A stretch of 64,000 nt of DNA from Polaromonas sp. (GCA_031412235.1 JANOCP010000075.1:5696-69695), one strand, 5' to 3'; counted from the first letter of the stretch, positions 1 through 9,650 are shown. Notes: generated by a model not told the origin, from the letters alone. Made by a program: numbers and translations.

Positions 1-1
1 A

Positions 2-3000
2 AATCGCTATTACCCACTGACCACTGCAGCGGTCGCGTTTGGCGACAACCGCATTGCCAGCGATGTCTTGACCATCAACGGCGCAGCCAACTTTTCGGAC
101 AAGCACGCAGCCATTGGAAAAGCCATCAGCGTTAGCGGCATTAACCTCACTGAAGCAGATGCCGGTAACTACACCGTCAATGCCACGGCGAGCACGCTGG
201 CCGATATCACGGCCAGGGCATTGACTGTGACCGCCACCGGCGCGAACAAGGTCTATGACGGCTTGACAACAGCAGCGGTCGGGTTTGGCGATAACCGTAT
301 CAACAGCGATGTCTTGACTATCAACGGCGTAGCCAACTTTTCGGACAAGAACGCAGCCATAGGCAAAACCATCAGTGTCAGCGGCATCAACCTCGGCGGC
401 GCAGATGCTGGCAATTACATCGTCAACCCCACAGCTTCCGCAGCAGCCAATATTGCGGCCCGTGCTTTAAACGTGACGGCCACGGGTACCGGCAAGGTGT
501 ACGACGGCCTAACAGCTGCCACCGTGAGGCTCAGTGACAACCGTATTGCCAGCGATGTATTGACCATCAACGGCGCGGCCAGTTTCTCGGACAAGAACGC
601 GGCCATTGGCAAGACCATCAGTGTCAGCGGTATCAGCCTCAGCGGCGCCGATGCCGGCAACTACATCGTCAACACTGCAGTTACTACGACTGCCGATATC
701 ACGGCGCGTGCTCTGACAGTGACGGCCGCTGGAGTCAACAAGGTTTATGACGGGGTGACTACCGCAGCGGTTACCTACGGGGATAACCGTATTGCCAGCG
801 ATGTGCTGAACGTTAACGGCACAGCCAATTTTATCGACAAGAACGCAGCCACTGGCAAAACCATCAATGTCAGCGGCATCAACCTCAGCGGGACGGATGC
901 AGGTAACTATACGGTCGGTGCTACCACGGCTACTACGGCAGCAAATATTGGGCGCCTCGCCTCCGTAACCTGGGTTGGCGGCGCAAGCGGCAACTGGTTT
1001 GATCCTGTCAACTGGGCGGGCGGTGCTGTACCTGACCTTTCCAATGTGGCAAACGTCATCATTCCAACCGGCGTGAATGTCAGTTTTAACAACGCCAACC
1101 TGGTCTCGCATGCACAGGGTGGCATGGTTAGCCTTGACACCATCGGAAGCACGGGTTCCATGAGTCTTGTTGCAGGCAACCTGAACATAGCCAACAGCCT
1201 TCAACTGGCTGCGCTTTCCCAATCTGGCGGTAGTCTGGTCGGCACGGGTAACGTGGTGGTTGACGGGTTCACCCAGACCGGAGGTTCCGTATCCACCACC
1301 GGCAACTTCAACGTCAACAAGGTATTTGCGCAGACCGCTCCGGGGACTGTGGCTGTCACCGGTGATGTGGGTATCACCCAGCTCAGTGGCGACCTCGGCG
1401 TCAGCAGCTTGTCCGGTAAAAACGTCGCGCTCGCCGCAATCAGTGGCGTAGCGATTCTCGGCAGTGTTACGGTAACGGGCACGCTGGGTGTCAGCGCCAG
1501 TGGCAATATTTCGCAGACCGGCATTGACCCGATTTCAGTTGCAGGCGTCAGCACGTTTGTATCGACAACCGGTGACATCACCTTGACCAACGCGGCCAAC
1601 AATTTCCAGGGCCCGGTCAATGCCAGCGGCCATAACGTTGCCGTAACCAATGCCAACGCCGTCGCTTTGGGTGCTGTCACTGCGACCGGCACGCTGGGTG
1701 TGGTTGCCACCACGGGTAATATCACGCAGATCGGCGCGAGCGTTATTACTGCGGTCGGTGACAGTACGTGGTCGACCGCAGCCGGCAACAACATTGCCCT
1801 GACCAGCGCGAACAACAACTTCGTCGGATCGGTCAATGCAAGCGGTAAAAACATTGCATTGACGGATATCAACGGCATCACGCTGGGCACGGTCGCGGCA
1901 ACCGGAACCCTTGCTGTCATTGCAAAAAATGATATTGCACAGACCGGCCCGGTAACGGTCGTTGGCGTCACAACGCTGACGTCCACCGTTGGCGACATTA
2001 CCCTGAACAACCCGGCCAATGATTTCACAGGACCAGTTAGTGTCACTGGCAAAAACATCAGCCTGGCAGATGCAAACGCCATTGTTCTGGGTACGGTTGC
2101 AGCTACTGGTGCGTTGACGATACATGCCGTAAATGACATCACGCAAACTGGTCCGTTGACCGTAGGCGGCATCAGCACCCTGAGCTCGACGATTGGCGAC
2201 ATCATTCTGACCAACGCGGCGAATGACTTCGTTGGTGCGGTCAATGCCAGCGGAAAAAACATCAAGCTGACTGATATCAACGGCATTGTTCTGGGCACCG
2301 TCCACGCGACCGGTACGCTGGACGTGCTCGCCCGGAACGACATCACACAAACAGGCCCAGTCACCGTTGCAGGACTATCCACACTGGTATCTACCCTTGG
2401 CGACATCATCCTTACCAATCCGGCGAACGACTTTGTGGGCGCCGTCGACGCCATCGGCAAAAACATCGCGCTGACCGACGTTAACGGCATCGTTCTCGGC
2501 ACGATAGCCGCGACCGGCACGCTGGCTGTGCTTGCGAAGAACGACATCACGCAGACGGGCCCAGTGACTGTCGCCGGGGTCAGCACGCTGAAATCTACCA
2601 CCGGCGACATCACGCTCAACAACCCGGCGAACGATTTCGTCGGCGTGGTCACCGCTACCGGAAAAAATATCTCGCTTACAGATATCACCGGCCTTACGGT
2701 AGCGCTTAACGCCACCGGAAACAGCGTGCTGGTTGCTGGTGGTGATCTGGTGGTCAGCGGAACCACGCACGACCTTGACACCACAACTACCAATGGTGGC
2801 AAAACCATCTTTGGCACAACCATCGTTACCGGAGACCTGGATGTAAACAGTGCAGGCCCAACCAGCCAGACGGGCGTACTCACTGTCACCGGAGCGCCAA
2901 CCATCATTGTTGCTGGTGTCGATGTCAGTGTTACCCCGCCTGTGACCATCGTGGTCCCACCTCCTGTCGTTATTCCACCGGTTGTGATTCCTCCGGTGGT

Positions 3001-3328
3001 CATACCGCCAGTAGTGGTCCCGCCTGTCGTAATTCCGCCGGTGGTAATTCCACCTGTTGTGATATTGCCGGTGGTGCCAGTCACGCCACCGGCAGTCGTT
3101 CCGGGTGTTTCACCGGAGATAACGGCCCAGACTGTGGTTGCCCAGCTGCAATCAGCGCTTGTCGCCCCATCGCTGGCCAACGCAACCCTTGCAACTGCGG
3201 CCCTTTCTCCTGCCAGCGACGGCGTTATGTCTGACGACGAGCGGCGCCTGAAGAGGAGCAGCATGAAGTTGCAGGTTTTGGGCGGCGGCGTGCGTTTACC
3301 TGCAAACATCGTTACAACAAATAAATAA
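2..3328 (+). CDS. Two-partner-secretion exoprotein (TpsA / filamentous-haemagglutinin-like adhesin), C-terminal portion; 5' end lies upstream of the window
   Basis: The frame is open from nt 2, and the first residues (NRYYPLTTAAVAFGDNRIASDV) already match the internal repeat. There are four ~80-aa YDG/MBG-type repeats (..DAGNYTV..ADITARALTVTATG.NKVYDG..). About seven ~75-aa repeats follow (ITQTGPVTV.G.STL.ST.GDI.L.N.ANDF.G.V.A.GKNI.LTD.NGI.LGTV.ATGTL). Then comes a Pro-rich PPVVI tract. A ShlB/FhaC-type gene lies immediately downstream. Confidence 0.8.
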   Translation, partial: NRYYPLTTAAVAFGDNRIASDVLTINGAANFSDKHAAIGKAISVSGINLTEADAGNYTVNATASTLADITARALTVTATGANKVYDGLTTAAVGFGDNRINSDVLTINGVANFSDKNAAIGKTISVSGINLGGADAGNYIVNPTASAAANIAARALNVTATGTGKVYDGLTAATVRLSDNRIASDVLTINGAASFSDKNAAIGKTISVSGISLSGADAGNYIVNTAVTTTADITARALTVTAAGVNKVYDGVTTAAVTYGDNRIASDVLNVNGTANFIDKNAATGKTINVSGINLSGTDAGNYTVGATTATTAANIGRLASVTWVGGASGNWFDPVNWAGGAVPDLSNVANVIIPTGVNVSFNNANLVSHAQGGMVSLDTIGSTGSMSLVAGNLNIANSLQLAALSQSGGSLVGTGNVVVDGFTQTGGSVSTTGNFNVNKVFAQTAPGTVAVTGDVGITQLSGDLGVSSLSGKNVALAAISGVAILGSVTVTGTLGVSASGNISQTGIDPISVAGVSTFVSTTGDITLTNAANNFQGPVNASGHNVAVTNANAVALGAVTATGTLGVVATTGNITQIGASVITAVGDSTWSTAAGNNIALTSANNNFVGSVNASGKNIALTDINGITLGTVAATGTLAVIAKNDIAQTGPVTVVGVTTLTSTVGDITLNNPANDFTGPVSVTGKNISLADANAIVLGTVAATGALTIHAVNDITQTGPLTVGGISTLSSTIGDIILTNAANDFVGAVNASGKNIKLTDINGIVLGTVHATGTLDVLARNDITQTGPVTVAGLSTLVSTLGDIILTNPANDFVGAVDAIGKNIALTDVNGIVLGTIAATGTLAVLAKNDITQTGPVTVAGVSTLKSTTGDITLNNPANDFVGVVTATGKNISLTDITGLTVALNATGNSVLVAGGDLVVSGTTHDLDTTTTNGGKTIFGTTIVTGDLDVNSAGPTSQTGVLTVTGAPTIIVAGVDVSVTPPVTIVVPPPVVIPPVVIPPVVIPPVVVPPVVIPPVVIPPVVILPVVPVTPPAVVPGVSPEITAQTVVAQLQSALVAPSLANATLATAALSPASDGVMSDDERRLKRSSMKLQVLGGGVRLPANIVTTNK
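2960..3064 (+). repeat. Seven tandem 15-nt units encoding (PPVVI)n inside the TpsA gene
   Basis: The peptide reads PPVVIPPVVIPPVVIPPVVVPPVVIPPVVIPPVVI. Codons differ between units (cct cct gtc gtt att / cca ccg gtt gtg att / cct ccg gtg gtc ata ...). Confidence 0.9.
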
Positions 3329-3338
3329 GAGTCCCATC

Positions 3339-5045
3339 GTGAATCAAATCCCACAACACCTGTTGGCGCTGCGTCCGCTTATGGCTGCATTACTCGTAGC
3401 TATTCCGTCTTTGGGTTCTGCCCAATCAGTCGGTACAGTCGCACCGGATGCAGGCTCAATCCTCCGCCAGATTCAACCGGTCCCAGTTACTCCGCAAGCC
3501 TCCAGCGCCCCAGCGTTGAAGATCGACAAGGAAACGGCTGCAACGCGCCCTGCTGGCGAAGCATTTCCGGTCAGTGCCATCCGCATCACAGGAAACAAGA
3601 AAATTGACACAGCCACCTTGCATGCGCTGGTCAGTGAGGGGGAGGGCAAGAGCCTGACGCTGGGACAGCTGGAGCAGCTGGTCGAGCGGATTACTGACTA
3701 TTACCGCAGCCACGGATATCCGCTGACCCGTGCGGTCATTCCTGCGCAGACCATTAGCGGCGGCATCGTCAACGTCCAGATTATTGTGGCCCGCTACGGA
3801 AAGGTTACCCTCATCAACCAGAGCCGCCTTGGCGACCCGTTGATGCAGGCGACGCTTTCGCCGCTTGCACCCGGGAACGACATCGAGCAAAAGAGCCTGG
3901 ACAAAGCGCTACTGCTGCTTTCAGACATTCCGGGTGTTGTCGTCAACGCCAGGGTCAAGCCGGGTGATGAAGTGGGCACGTCTGACCTTGAAGTCAGCGT
4001 AACTTCCGGTGCAGGCGTTTTCGGCAGTGCCATGTTGGACAACTACGGAAATCGCTATACCGGCCGTGCCCGTGTCAGCGCGAGTGTCAACATCGTCGAT
4101 CCGCTGAACCTGAAATTCAGCAATGTGGTGAGCGTGAGTGCCCTGAGCTCCGGGGCAGGTATGAACTACGGCCGCCTTGCCTATGAGGCCTTGGTTAATG
4201 GATCGGGATCCCGAGTCGGGGCTTCCTATTCGGCACTTCGCTACAAGCTGGGTGGATCGCTCGCATCCCTTGATGCGCACGGAACGGCTCAGGTAACGAG
4301 CGTGTTCGCGCGACATCCCTTCCTTCGGAGTCAGGACGCGAATGTCTACGGCCAACTCCAGTATGAACAGCTGCAGCTACGGGACCGTATTGATATTTAT
4401 TCGGGCGCGACAGATAGAAACCTCGCGAACTGGACCCTGGGTCTCGCGGGCGACGGGCGGGACTCATTGTTATCAGGTGGTGTCAATGCCTGGAGCTTGA
4501 GCCGTACTGCCGGTCGTGTCGGTTTCAAGAACGACGCAGCGCAATTTATTGATGCGGTCAGCGCGAAAACCCAAGGCAAATTTTCGAAATGGAATGCCAG
4601 TTTGAGTCGCCTTCAGTATCTGGGTGCACAAGACGCGCTTTATTTGTCTTTTTCGGGTCAGTGGGCCAACTCCAATCTGGATTCATCGCAAAAAATGTCC
4701 ATTGGTGGACCGTACTCGGTACGTGCTTATGATGCGGGCACCATTTCAGGCGACACCGGGTCTCAGGCCACGGTTGAACTTCGTCATGATCTAAGTCTGG
4801 GTGTGGAAGGGCGATGGCAGGCCGTGGCTTTTGCTGACAGTGCAAATGTGAAGGTCAACAAGAACCCCTGGTTTGTAGCTGCGAACACAGCCTATCTTAG
4901 TGGTGTAGGTCTGGGACTGAATTGGGCGGGGGCTCATCAGTGGAGTGCCAAGGCCTACTTCGCCAGGCCAGTTGGGGCAACACCAGAGCTAGTCGGTTCA
5001 ACCAACTCTACGCGGACATGGCTGGAAATAAACAGGGGATTCTGA
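3339..5045 (+). CDS. ShlB/FhaC/HecB-family TpsB outer-membrane transporter (hemolysin secretion/activation protein)
   Basis: GTG start 11 nt after the TpsA stop. Signal peptide (LLVAIPSLGSAQS). POTRA-like segment (FPVSAIRITGNKKID..LTLGQLEQLVERITDYYRSHGYPLTRAVIPAQ). Beta-barrel part ending in a terminal ..INRGF aromatic residue. Confidence 0.85.
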   Translation: MNQIPQHLLALRPLMAALLVAIPSLGSAQSVGTVAPDAGSILRQIQPVPVTPQASSAPALKIDKETAATRPAGEAFPVSAIRITGNKKIDTATLHALVSEGEGKSLTLGQLEQLVERITDYYRSHGYPLTRAVIPAQTISGGIVNVQIIVARYGKVTLINQSRLGDPLMQATLSPLAPGNDIEQKSLDKALLLLSDIPGVVVNARVKPGDEVGTSDLEVSVTSGAGVFGSAMLDNYGNRYTGRARVSASVNIVDPLNLKFSNVVSVSALSSGAGMNYGRLAYEALVNGSGSRVGASYSALRYKLGGSLASLDAHGTAQVTSVFARHPFLRSQDANVYGQLQYEQLQLRDRIDIYSGATDRNLANWTLGLAGDGRDSLLSGGVNAWSLSRTAGRVGFKNDAAQFIDAVSAKTQGKFSKWNASLSRLQYLGAQDALYLSFSGQWANSNLDSSQKMSIGGPYSVRAYDAGTISGDTGSQATVELRHDLSLGVEGRWQAVAFADSANVKVNKNPWFVAANTAYLSGVGLGLNWAGAHQWSAKAYFARPVGATPELVGSTNSTRTWLEINRGF

Positions 5046-5677
5046 GCGGGACGCCTGCCGGTCAGGGCAATGCTGTGCCCTGCCTTTCAGGTTGCCGAAC
5101 ATCTCGCACGGCTGCAGGATTTACTCTGCTTGAGTTGGTTACGGTCCTGGCGATTTCCGCCATCCTGATCAGCCTCGCGGTCCCTTCGCTCTCCCGAATG
5201 CTTCAGTCCAACACAAGGTCCAGCGCGGTCAATACCTTTCTGGCTGACATGGGTTATGCGCGCAGCGAATCGATTCGTCTGGGCGGCGGGATTACCATGT
5301 GTCGTAGTGACTCTCCGGAAGATGTTGCAGCGACCTGCAGCATTACCTCCGCCCATAGCGGCAGTGGTTGGGCCAGTGGCTGGATTGTTTTTCATGATCT
5401 CGACGCCAATGGGTTTCGAGAGACTGCCGACCCTGTACTTCGGGTACAGGCTCCTATTGTTGCGATGGACTCCATTCTTGAAGGTGGAAATGGTCCGCCC
5501 AGCATATTTCGCTTCACAGGAACGGGGCGACTCTTCAATCTTGCAGCAGCTACGTCGCTTACCTTTGGTGGCGGCAGTTATGACATTGATGTCAGGCGTA
5601 TTTTGTGTGTCAGTTTTGGCGGACGTGCCCGAATAGCTGGCGATGGTTCAGCTCGTTGCGACAGTGACAATCTATGA
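5018..5677 (+). CDS. fimT: Type IV minor pilin, FimT/GspH family
   Basis: Prepilin N-terminal methylation motif (AAGFTLLELVTVLAISAILISLAVPS). The start is uncertain: ATG 5018 overlaps the TpsB end, and an in-frame GTG at 5075 gives a shorter leader. The stop overlaps the pilV start (ATGA). Confidence 0.75.
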   Translation: MAGNKQGILSGTPAGQGNAVPCLSGCRTSRTAAGFTLLELVTVLAISAILISLAVPSLSRMLQSNTRSSAVNTFLADMGYARSESIRLGGGITMCRSDSPEDVAATCSITSAHSGSGWASGWIVFHDLDANGFRETADPVLRVQAPIVAMDSILEGGNGPPSIFRFTGTGRLFNLAAATSLTFGGGSYDIDVRRILCVSFGGRARIAGDGSARCDSDNL

Positions 5678-6231
5678 ATTCTCTGAAGCGCAAACATCAC
5701 CACCAGACCGGCACCTCTCTCATAGAAGTGCTGGTCGCCATACTGTTGCTGTCTTTCGGCATGCTTTCCCTGGGTGTGATGTTGTCCTTTGCTGTGCAGA
5801 TGCCCAAGTTATCTGGCTATCGTGCGACCGCCACCAATATTGCGGCCAATCATATCGAGCGTATCCGGGCAAATCCTGGTGGATTTCGAAATGATGCGTA
5901 TCGCCTTCCCTTGAGTTACGACGGTACCTCCAAAGAAATGGAACTGTCTGACTGCAGCTATCCCGCTTGCACAGAGGCAACGCTGGCGACCATGGATAAC
6001 GCCGCTGCCAAACGCACCGTGCGTATCGGGCTGCCCTCGGGAGGCATGCTGGTGACCTGCGACACAAGCCCGTGTGGCAACAACTCCTATGGCAATCTGT
6101 GGGTCATCTGGCAAGAGCCCAGCACCCGTGCCGCACTGGATCCGACAGCCTCTGACAACTGCCCGGATCAGGTAACTAAAGCCTACACCAGTCCCAAGCC
6201 GCGCTGCCTTTATGTGAGATTCAGGACATGA
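5674..6231 (+). CDS. pilV: Type IV pilus modification / minor pilin PilV
   Basis: N-terminus QTGTSLIEVLVAILLLSFGMLSLGVM (class III signal-like). Position after fimT. ATGA coupling. Confidence 0.8.
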   Translation: MNSLKRKHHHQTGTSLIEVLVAILLLSFGMLSLGVMLSFAVQMPKLSGYRATATNIAANHIERIRANPGGFRNDAYRLPLSYDGTSKEMELSDCSYPACTEATLATMDNAAAKRTVRIGLPSGGMLVTCDTSPCGNNSYGNLWVIWQEPSTRAALDPTASDNCPDQVTKAYTSPKPRCLYVRFRT

Positions 6232-6263
6232 CCGGCCACCGGATCTCTCAGGGATGTCGCCAT

Positions 6264-7244
6264 ATGAAAGGCTTCTCGCTGATTGAGTTGATGGTTTCGC
6301 TGACCATAGGCCTGCTGCTCGCCACAGCGGCTTTCTCTGCCTATCTGGGTGCTTCAGCCGCCAGCAAAATGTCGGATGCCCAGATCCGCATGAACGAAGA
6401 TGCACAGGCCGCGCTGGTCATCTTGAGCCAGCAGCTAAAAATGGCCGGCAACAATCCTGATCGCGCCGACCGTATCGACAATGCTGATCCCGCATTCTCG
6501 AGCCGCCACAACCCGGTCTATGGTGATACCAGTTTTGCGACGGGTACCTATACAACCAGCGAGTTCTCGGTGCGTGGCTGCGACGGGCGATTCTCCAATA
6601 TCGCCACCGCAGCCAGCCTCGACCAGCTCACCTGTGCGGGTTCAGTCACTTCGCTACCAGACTCCATTGCTGTCAGCTATGAAGCGGATAGCTTCAACAC
6701 GATCCCCACCACACAAGCCACCGGAAAGTTGCCTACGGACTGTGTAGGCAAAAAACTTTCGCTGATTACCGCTGCGTTACCCACTGTGGTTGGTGCAGGC
6801 ACTGCCAGCGCAACCGTTACGTACTTCATCGCAGAAAACAGGTTTTATATTGCAGCATCCCATGCGCTCGCATCTTCCAGTCTGTACTGCAAGGGTAACG
6901 GCGAAGGGTCCACGCCCCAGGCGCTGGTGAACAACGTCGAAGATATGCAGATAAGCTATGGTGCAGTCAGCATGGCGACGACCTCCACTGTTGCCACAGT
7001 TGCTGGTTATTTGAGCGCAGGCGAAATCGCTGCACTGGGCTCTTCGTCAAACGACCCCCTTCCCTGGGAAAAAGTCCTGGCGGTTCGCGTATGCGTTCTT
7101 GTTCGTAGTGAGGGCCAGGTGGTGTCTGAACAGGCTTCTGCGCGGTACCTGAACTGCGAGGGTAGCCTAGCTGCTATCCCTGCAGATCGGCGGCTGCGGC
7201 AAGCCTATTTTGCAACGGTGTTGTTGCGAAACCGGCGGCTCTAG
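6264..7244 (+). CDS. pilW: Type IV pilus assembly / minor pilin PilW
   Basis: MKGFSLIELMVSLTIGLLLATAAFSAYL prepilin-type N-terminus. I prefer ATG 6264 over the longer 6228 ORF start. Confidence 0.8.
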   Translation: MKGFSLIELMVSLTIGLLLATAAFSAYLGASAASKMSDAQIRMNEDAQAALVILSQQLKMAGNNPDRADRIDNADPAFSSRHNPVYGDTSFATGTYTTSEFSVRGCDGRFSNIATAASLDQLTCAGSVTSLPDSIAVSYEADSFNTIPTTQATGKLPTDCVGKKLSLITAALPTVVGAGTASATVTYFIAENRFYIAASHALASSSLYCKGNGEGSTPQALVNNVEDMQISYGAVSMATTSTVATVAGYLSAGEIAALGSSSNDPLPWEKVLAVRVCVLVRSEGQVVSEQASARYLNCEGSLAAIPADRRLRQAYFATVLLRNRRL

Positions 7245-7889
7245 ATGCTGCCCACAAGCAACCCCATGTGTATGCCCGTCTTCCCCGTCGAGCGTCCAGT
7301 CACCGGACAAGGTGTACTAAGTCCTGCATGCCATTCAAATGAGCGCGGCGTGGTACTGGTCTTGACGCTCGTCTTGCTGGTTTTGATCTCTTTGCTTTCC
7401 GTCACGAGTTTGCACAATGTTGGTTCTGCAGAAAGTGCGGCAGGTAATGTGCGTACTACCGAGCTGGCGACCCAGGCCTCCGAAATGGCGCTGCGCCACT
7501 GCGAGGCGTCAGTCCTGGCCGCAATGACGGTTGAAGCTGGCGGTGTATCTACCTATCCCACCACGTTTGAAAGCGCCAACATTTTGGCGCCCAGCGACCC
7601 GCCGCAATGGCAAAACAAGGCACTTTGGGACAGCAGTTCTGCAACGGTTTTTGTGCTGCCATTGATTCTGCTGAACCAGCCCGGTATTGCCACGGTCACT
7701 TACCGCCGTTCCCCCGAATGCATGGTGGAGCGTTTGCCCGCTGTGCCGGGGGTGGACCCGTCAAGCTTTTTTGTAATTACCGCGCGGGGATTTGGCCCTG
7801 AAGTTCCAGCGGTAGTTGGCACATTTCGCACACGTCCAACCGGCAGTGAGATATGGCTGCAATCGAACATCAGGCTGGAGTCCGAGTAA
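7245..7889 (+). CDS. pilX: PilX-like type IV pilus minor component
   Basis: ERGVVLVLTLVLLVLISLLSVTSLHNVGSAESAAGN resembles the PilX N-terminal domain. It begins directly after the pilW stop (TAGATG). The true start may be further downstream. Confidence 0.6.
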   Translation: MLPTSNPMCMPVFPVERPVTGQGVLSPACHSNERGVVLVLTLVLLVLISLLSVTSLHNVGSAESAAGNVRTTELATQASEMALRHCEASVLAAMTVEAGGVSTYPTTFESANILAPSDPPQWQNKALWDSSSATVFVLPLILLNQPGIATVTYRRSPECMVERLPAVPGVDPSSFFVITARGFGPEVPAVVGTFRTRPTGSEIWLQSNIRLESE

Positions 7890-7945
7890 ATCCGGAAACC
7901 GGCGGCCCATCCGTCGGCAACTCCAAATTTCGACAAGGAATCCCC

Positions 7946-9121
7946 ATGATCAAGCTTTTCTGGGCCAACCGGGTTTCGGCCCCTTCCAGTAGCATGAAAA
8001 ACCGCATTTTGCCCGGGCCCACCGCACTTGCTGACGCCGGTTCAGGCGTCAGGCTCCAGGCGCTGCGCTGGCTGTTTGGAGTCACTGGCCCGCTGCTATT
8101 AATACTGGTCTGCGTACCTGCGCGAGCGGCCCACTATAACTTTCCAGGCAAGCTGCCTGAAGGCTGTACTGGCAGCAAGGGCAGCTATACCTGCGGCGCA
8201 CTTGCGCTTGATGCTGGTGACACCATAAGTATTGGTGCTCCCGCTACCATCATCGTCAATGGTGCATTTACTACGGGAGCGGGCACCTACATCAATGCTG
8301 GAGGTACCGCCTCAGACCTGTCTTTTGCTGTTTCAGGAACAACCCATATCGGTACCTTGTCGGACGTCACAGCAAACATCGTCGGCGTGGGTGTAGTGAC
8401 TTTGGGCGCACTTGTAAAGCTTAAAGGCAACATCAGCACCCAGTCGGCAGCGATCAACATCGGCGATTTCAACACCATCAACGGATCGCTTTCTACAGCC
8501 GTTGCTGGTGTGGTGAACGTTGGCGCAAATAGCCGGGTGACGGGCAGTATCAGCACCTTGTCCGGTGCTATCAATATCGGGGCCAACACCACTATTGACG
8601 GCTCGCTATCCAGTTCGCTTGCCGGTGTCATCACCATAGGTGCTGGTGCGAAAGTCGGTGGCAATATCAGCACCGTGTCTGGTGCCATCAACCTCGGTGC
8701 GGGCAGCAACGTCATTGGATATGTCCTGAGCACTATTGCAGGCGCCATAACTTTGGGAGACAAAGCCACTGTCGGTGGCAATATTGCCTCCAACTCCGGC
8801 GCCATCACCATTGGCACCGGGAGTAGCGCCGGCGGCTCGGTCTGCACCGGTTTGGCTGGTGCCATCACGCTGAATGACAACACCTCCGTAGGTGGCAATA
8901 TAACTACTAACGCAGGTGCAATTACGGTCGGTGATTTGAGCCAGGTCGCCGGCTCCATCAATGCCGTTGTGGGCGCAGTGACCGTTGCCTCAAGCTCAAA
9001 AGTCGGAAAGTATGCAAGCAAGATCGAATGCCAGTTTGACCCTCGGAACGAAAAGGCGCGTGCAGCGCCCTCAGTCCCCGTCATCAAGTCCCGCGAGTGG
9101 CGTCAACTGTTCATGCGCTGA
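7946..9121 (+). CDS. Secreted beta-helix repeat protein (bactofilin-like / MshQ-N-terminal-like repeats) occupying the PilY1 position
   Basis: ATG 7946 is preceded by AAGGAA. Hydrophobic signal-like segment (LFGVTGPLLLILVCVPARAAHY). About ten alternating 19/20-aa repeats (GNISTQSAAINIGDFNTIN / GSLSTAVAGVVNVGANSRVT ...). The start is uncertain (7946 or 7994). Confidence 0.65.
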   Translation: MIKLFWANRVSAPSSSMKNRILPGPTALADAGSGVRLQALRWLFGVTGPLLLILVCVPARAAHYNFPGKLPEGCTGSKGSYTCGALALDAGDTISIGAPATIIVNGAFTTGAGTYINAGGTASDLSFAVSGTTHIGTLSDVTANIVGVGVVTLGALVKLKGNISTQSAAINIGDFNTINGSLSTAVAGVVNVGANSRVTGSISTLSGAINIGANTTIDGSLSSSLAGVITIGAGAKVGGNISTVSGAINLGAGSNVIGYVLSTIAGAITLGDKATVGGNIASNSGAITIGTGSSAGGSVCTGLAGAITLNDNTSVGGNITTNAGAITVGDLSQVAGSINAVVGAVTVASSSKVGKYASKIECQFDPRNEKARAAPSVPVIKSREWRQLFMR

Positions 9122-9122
9122 T

Positions 9123-9650
9123 ATGAGAAATCACCCCAGCACGAATGGCGCATCCTTCCGTCAATACCTTGGTCCTGCATCGGCAGGACATCGGTACAAG
9201 AGGCGAGGATTCACGCTGATCGAACTCGTCATCTCAATGGCAATTGTTGCCATCCTGACCAGTATTGCCCTGCCTGCCTACACCAGCTATATCGCAAAAG
9301 CCAGGCGGGCCGACGCCCGGACGCAGTTGGTCCAGGTCGCGCAGTTCATGCAACGCTTTTATGCAGCTAACGACAGTTTTGCCAAAGATCGCGCCAATAA
9401 CGATGTCATCGGGCAGGTGCCGCCTGGTTTGCAACAGTCTCCCGCCGACAGCACCAAAATTTATACGCTGACCATTCCTGCTGAAACTCTGGCCGCAGGC
9501 AGTTTCGAGATCCGCATGAGTCCGGTTGTGGGAGGCTCAATGGCCAACGATCGATGTGGGGCTTTCACCCTGACATCAACCGGGCTGCGTGGTGTTTTGA
9601 ACGGTGACGTGGTCGGTGATACCAGCTTGCGCGACGCCTGCTGGCGCTAG
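9123..9650 (+). CDS. pilE: Type IV pilin PilE-like
   Basis: RGFTLIELVISMAIVAILTSIALPAYTSYIAKARRADARTQL is a classic type IVa pilin N-terminus. C-terminal Cys pair (DRCGAF...RDACW). ATG 9123 is the only canonical start and gives a 28-aa leader. Confidence 0.8.
   Translation: MRNHPSTNGASFRQYLGPASAGHRYKRRGFTLIELVISMAIVAILTSIALPAYTSYIAKARRADARTQLVQVAQFMQRFYAANDSFAKDRANNDVIGQVPPGLQQSPADSTKIYTLTIPAETLAAGSFEIRMSPVVGGSMANDRCGAFTLTSTGLRGVLNGDVVGDTSLRDACWR

Noticed and set aside
1201-3354. 717-aa minus-strand ORF, plus several 80-270-aa ORFs on both strands, inside the TpsA gene
   Set aside because: They are antisense or out-of-frame shadows of a repeat-rich, GC-biased coding region. Their products are low-complexity (T/G/P/V runs). 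They have no start context. The plus-strand frame shows clear adhesin repeat homology.
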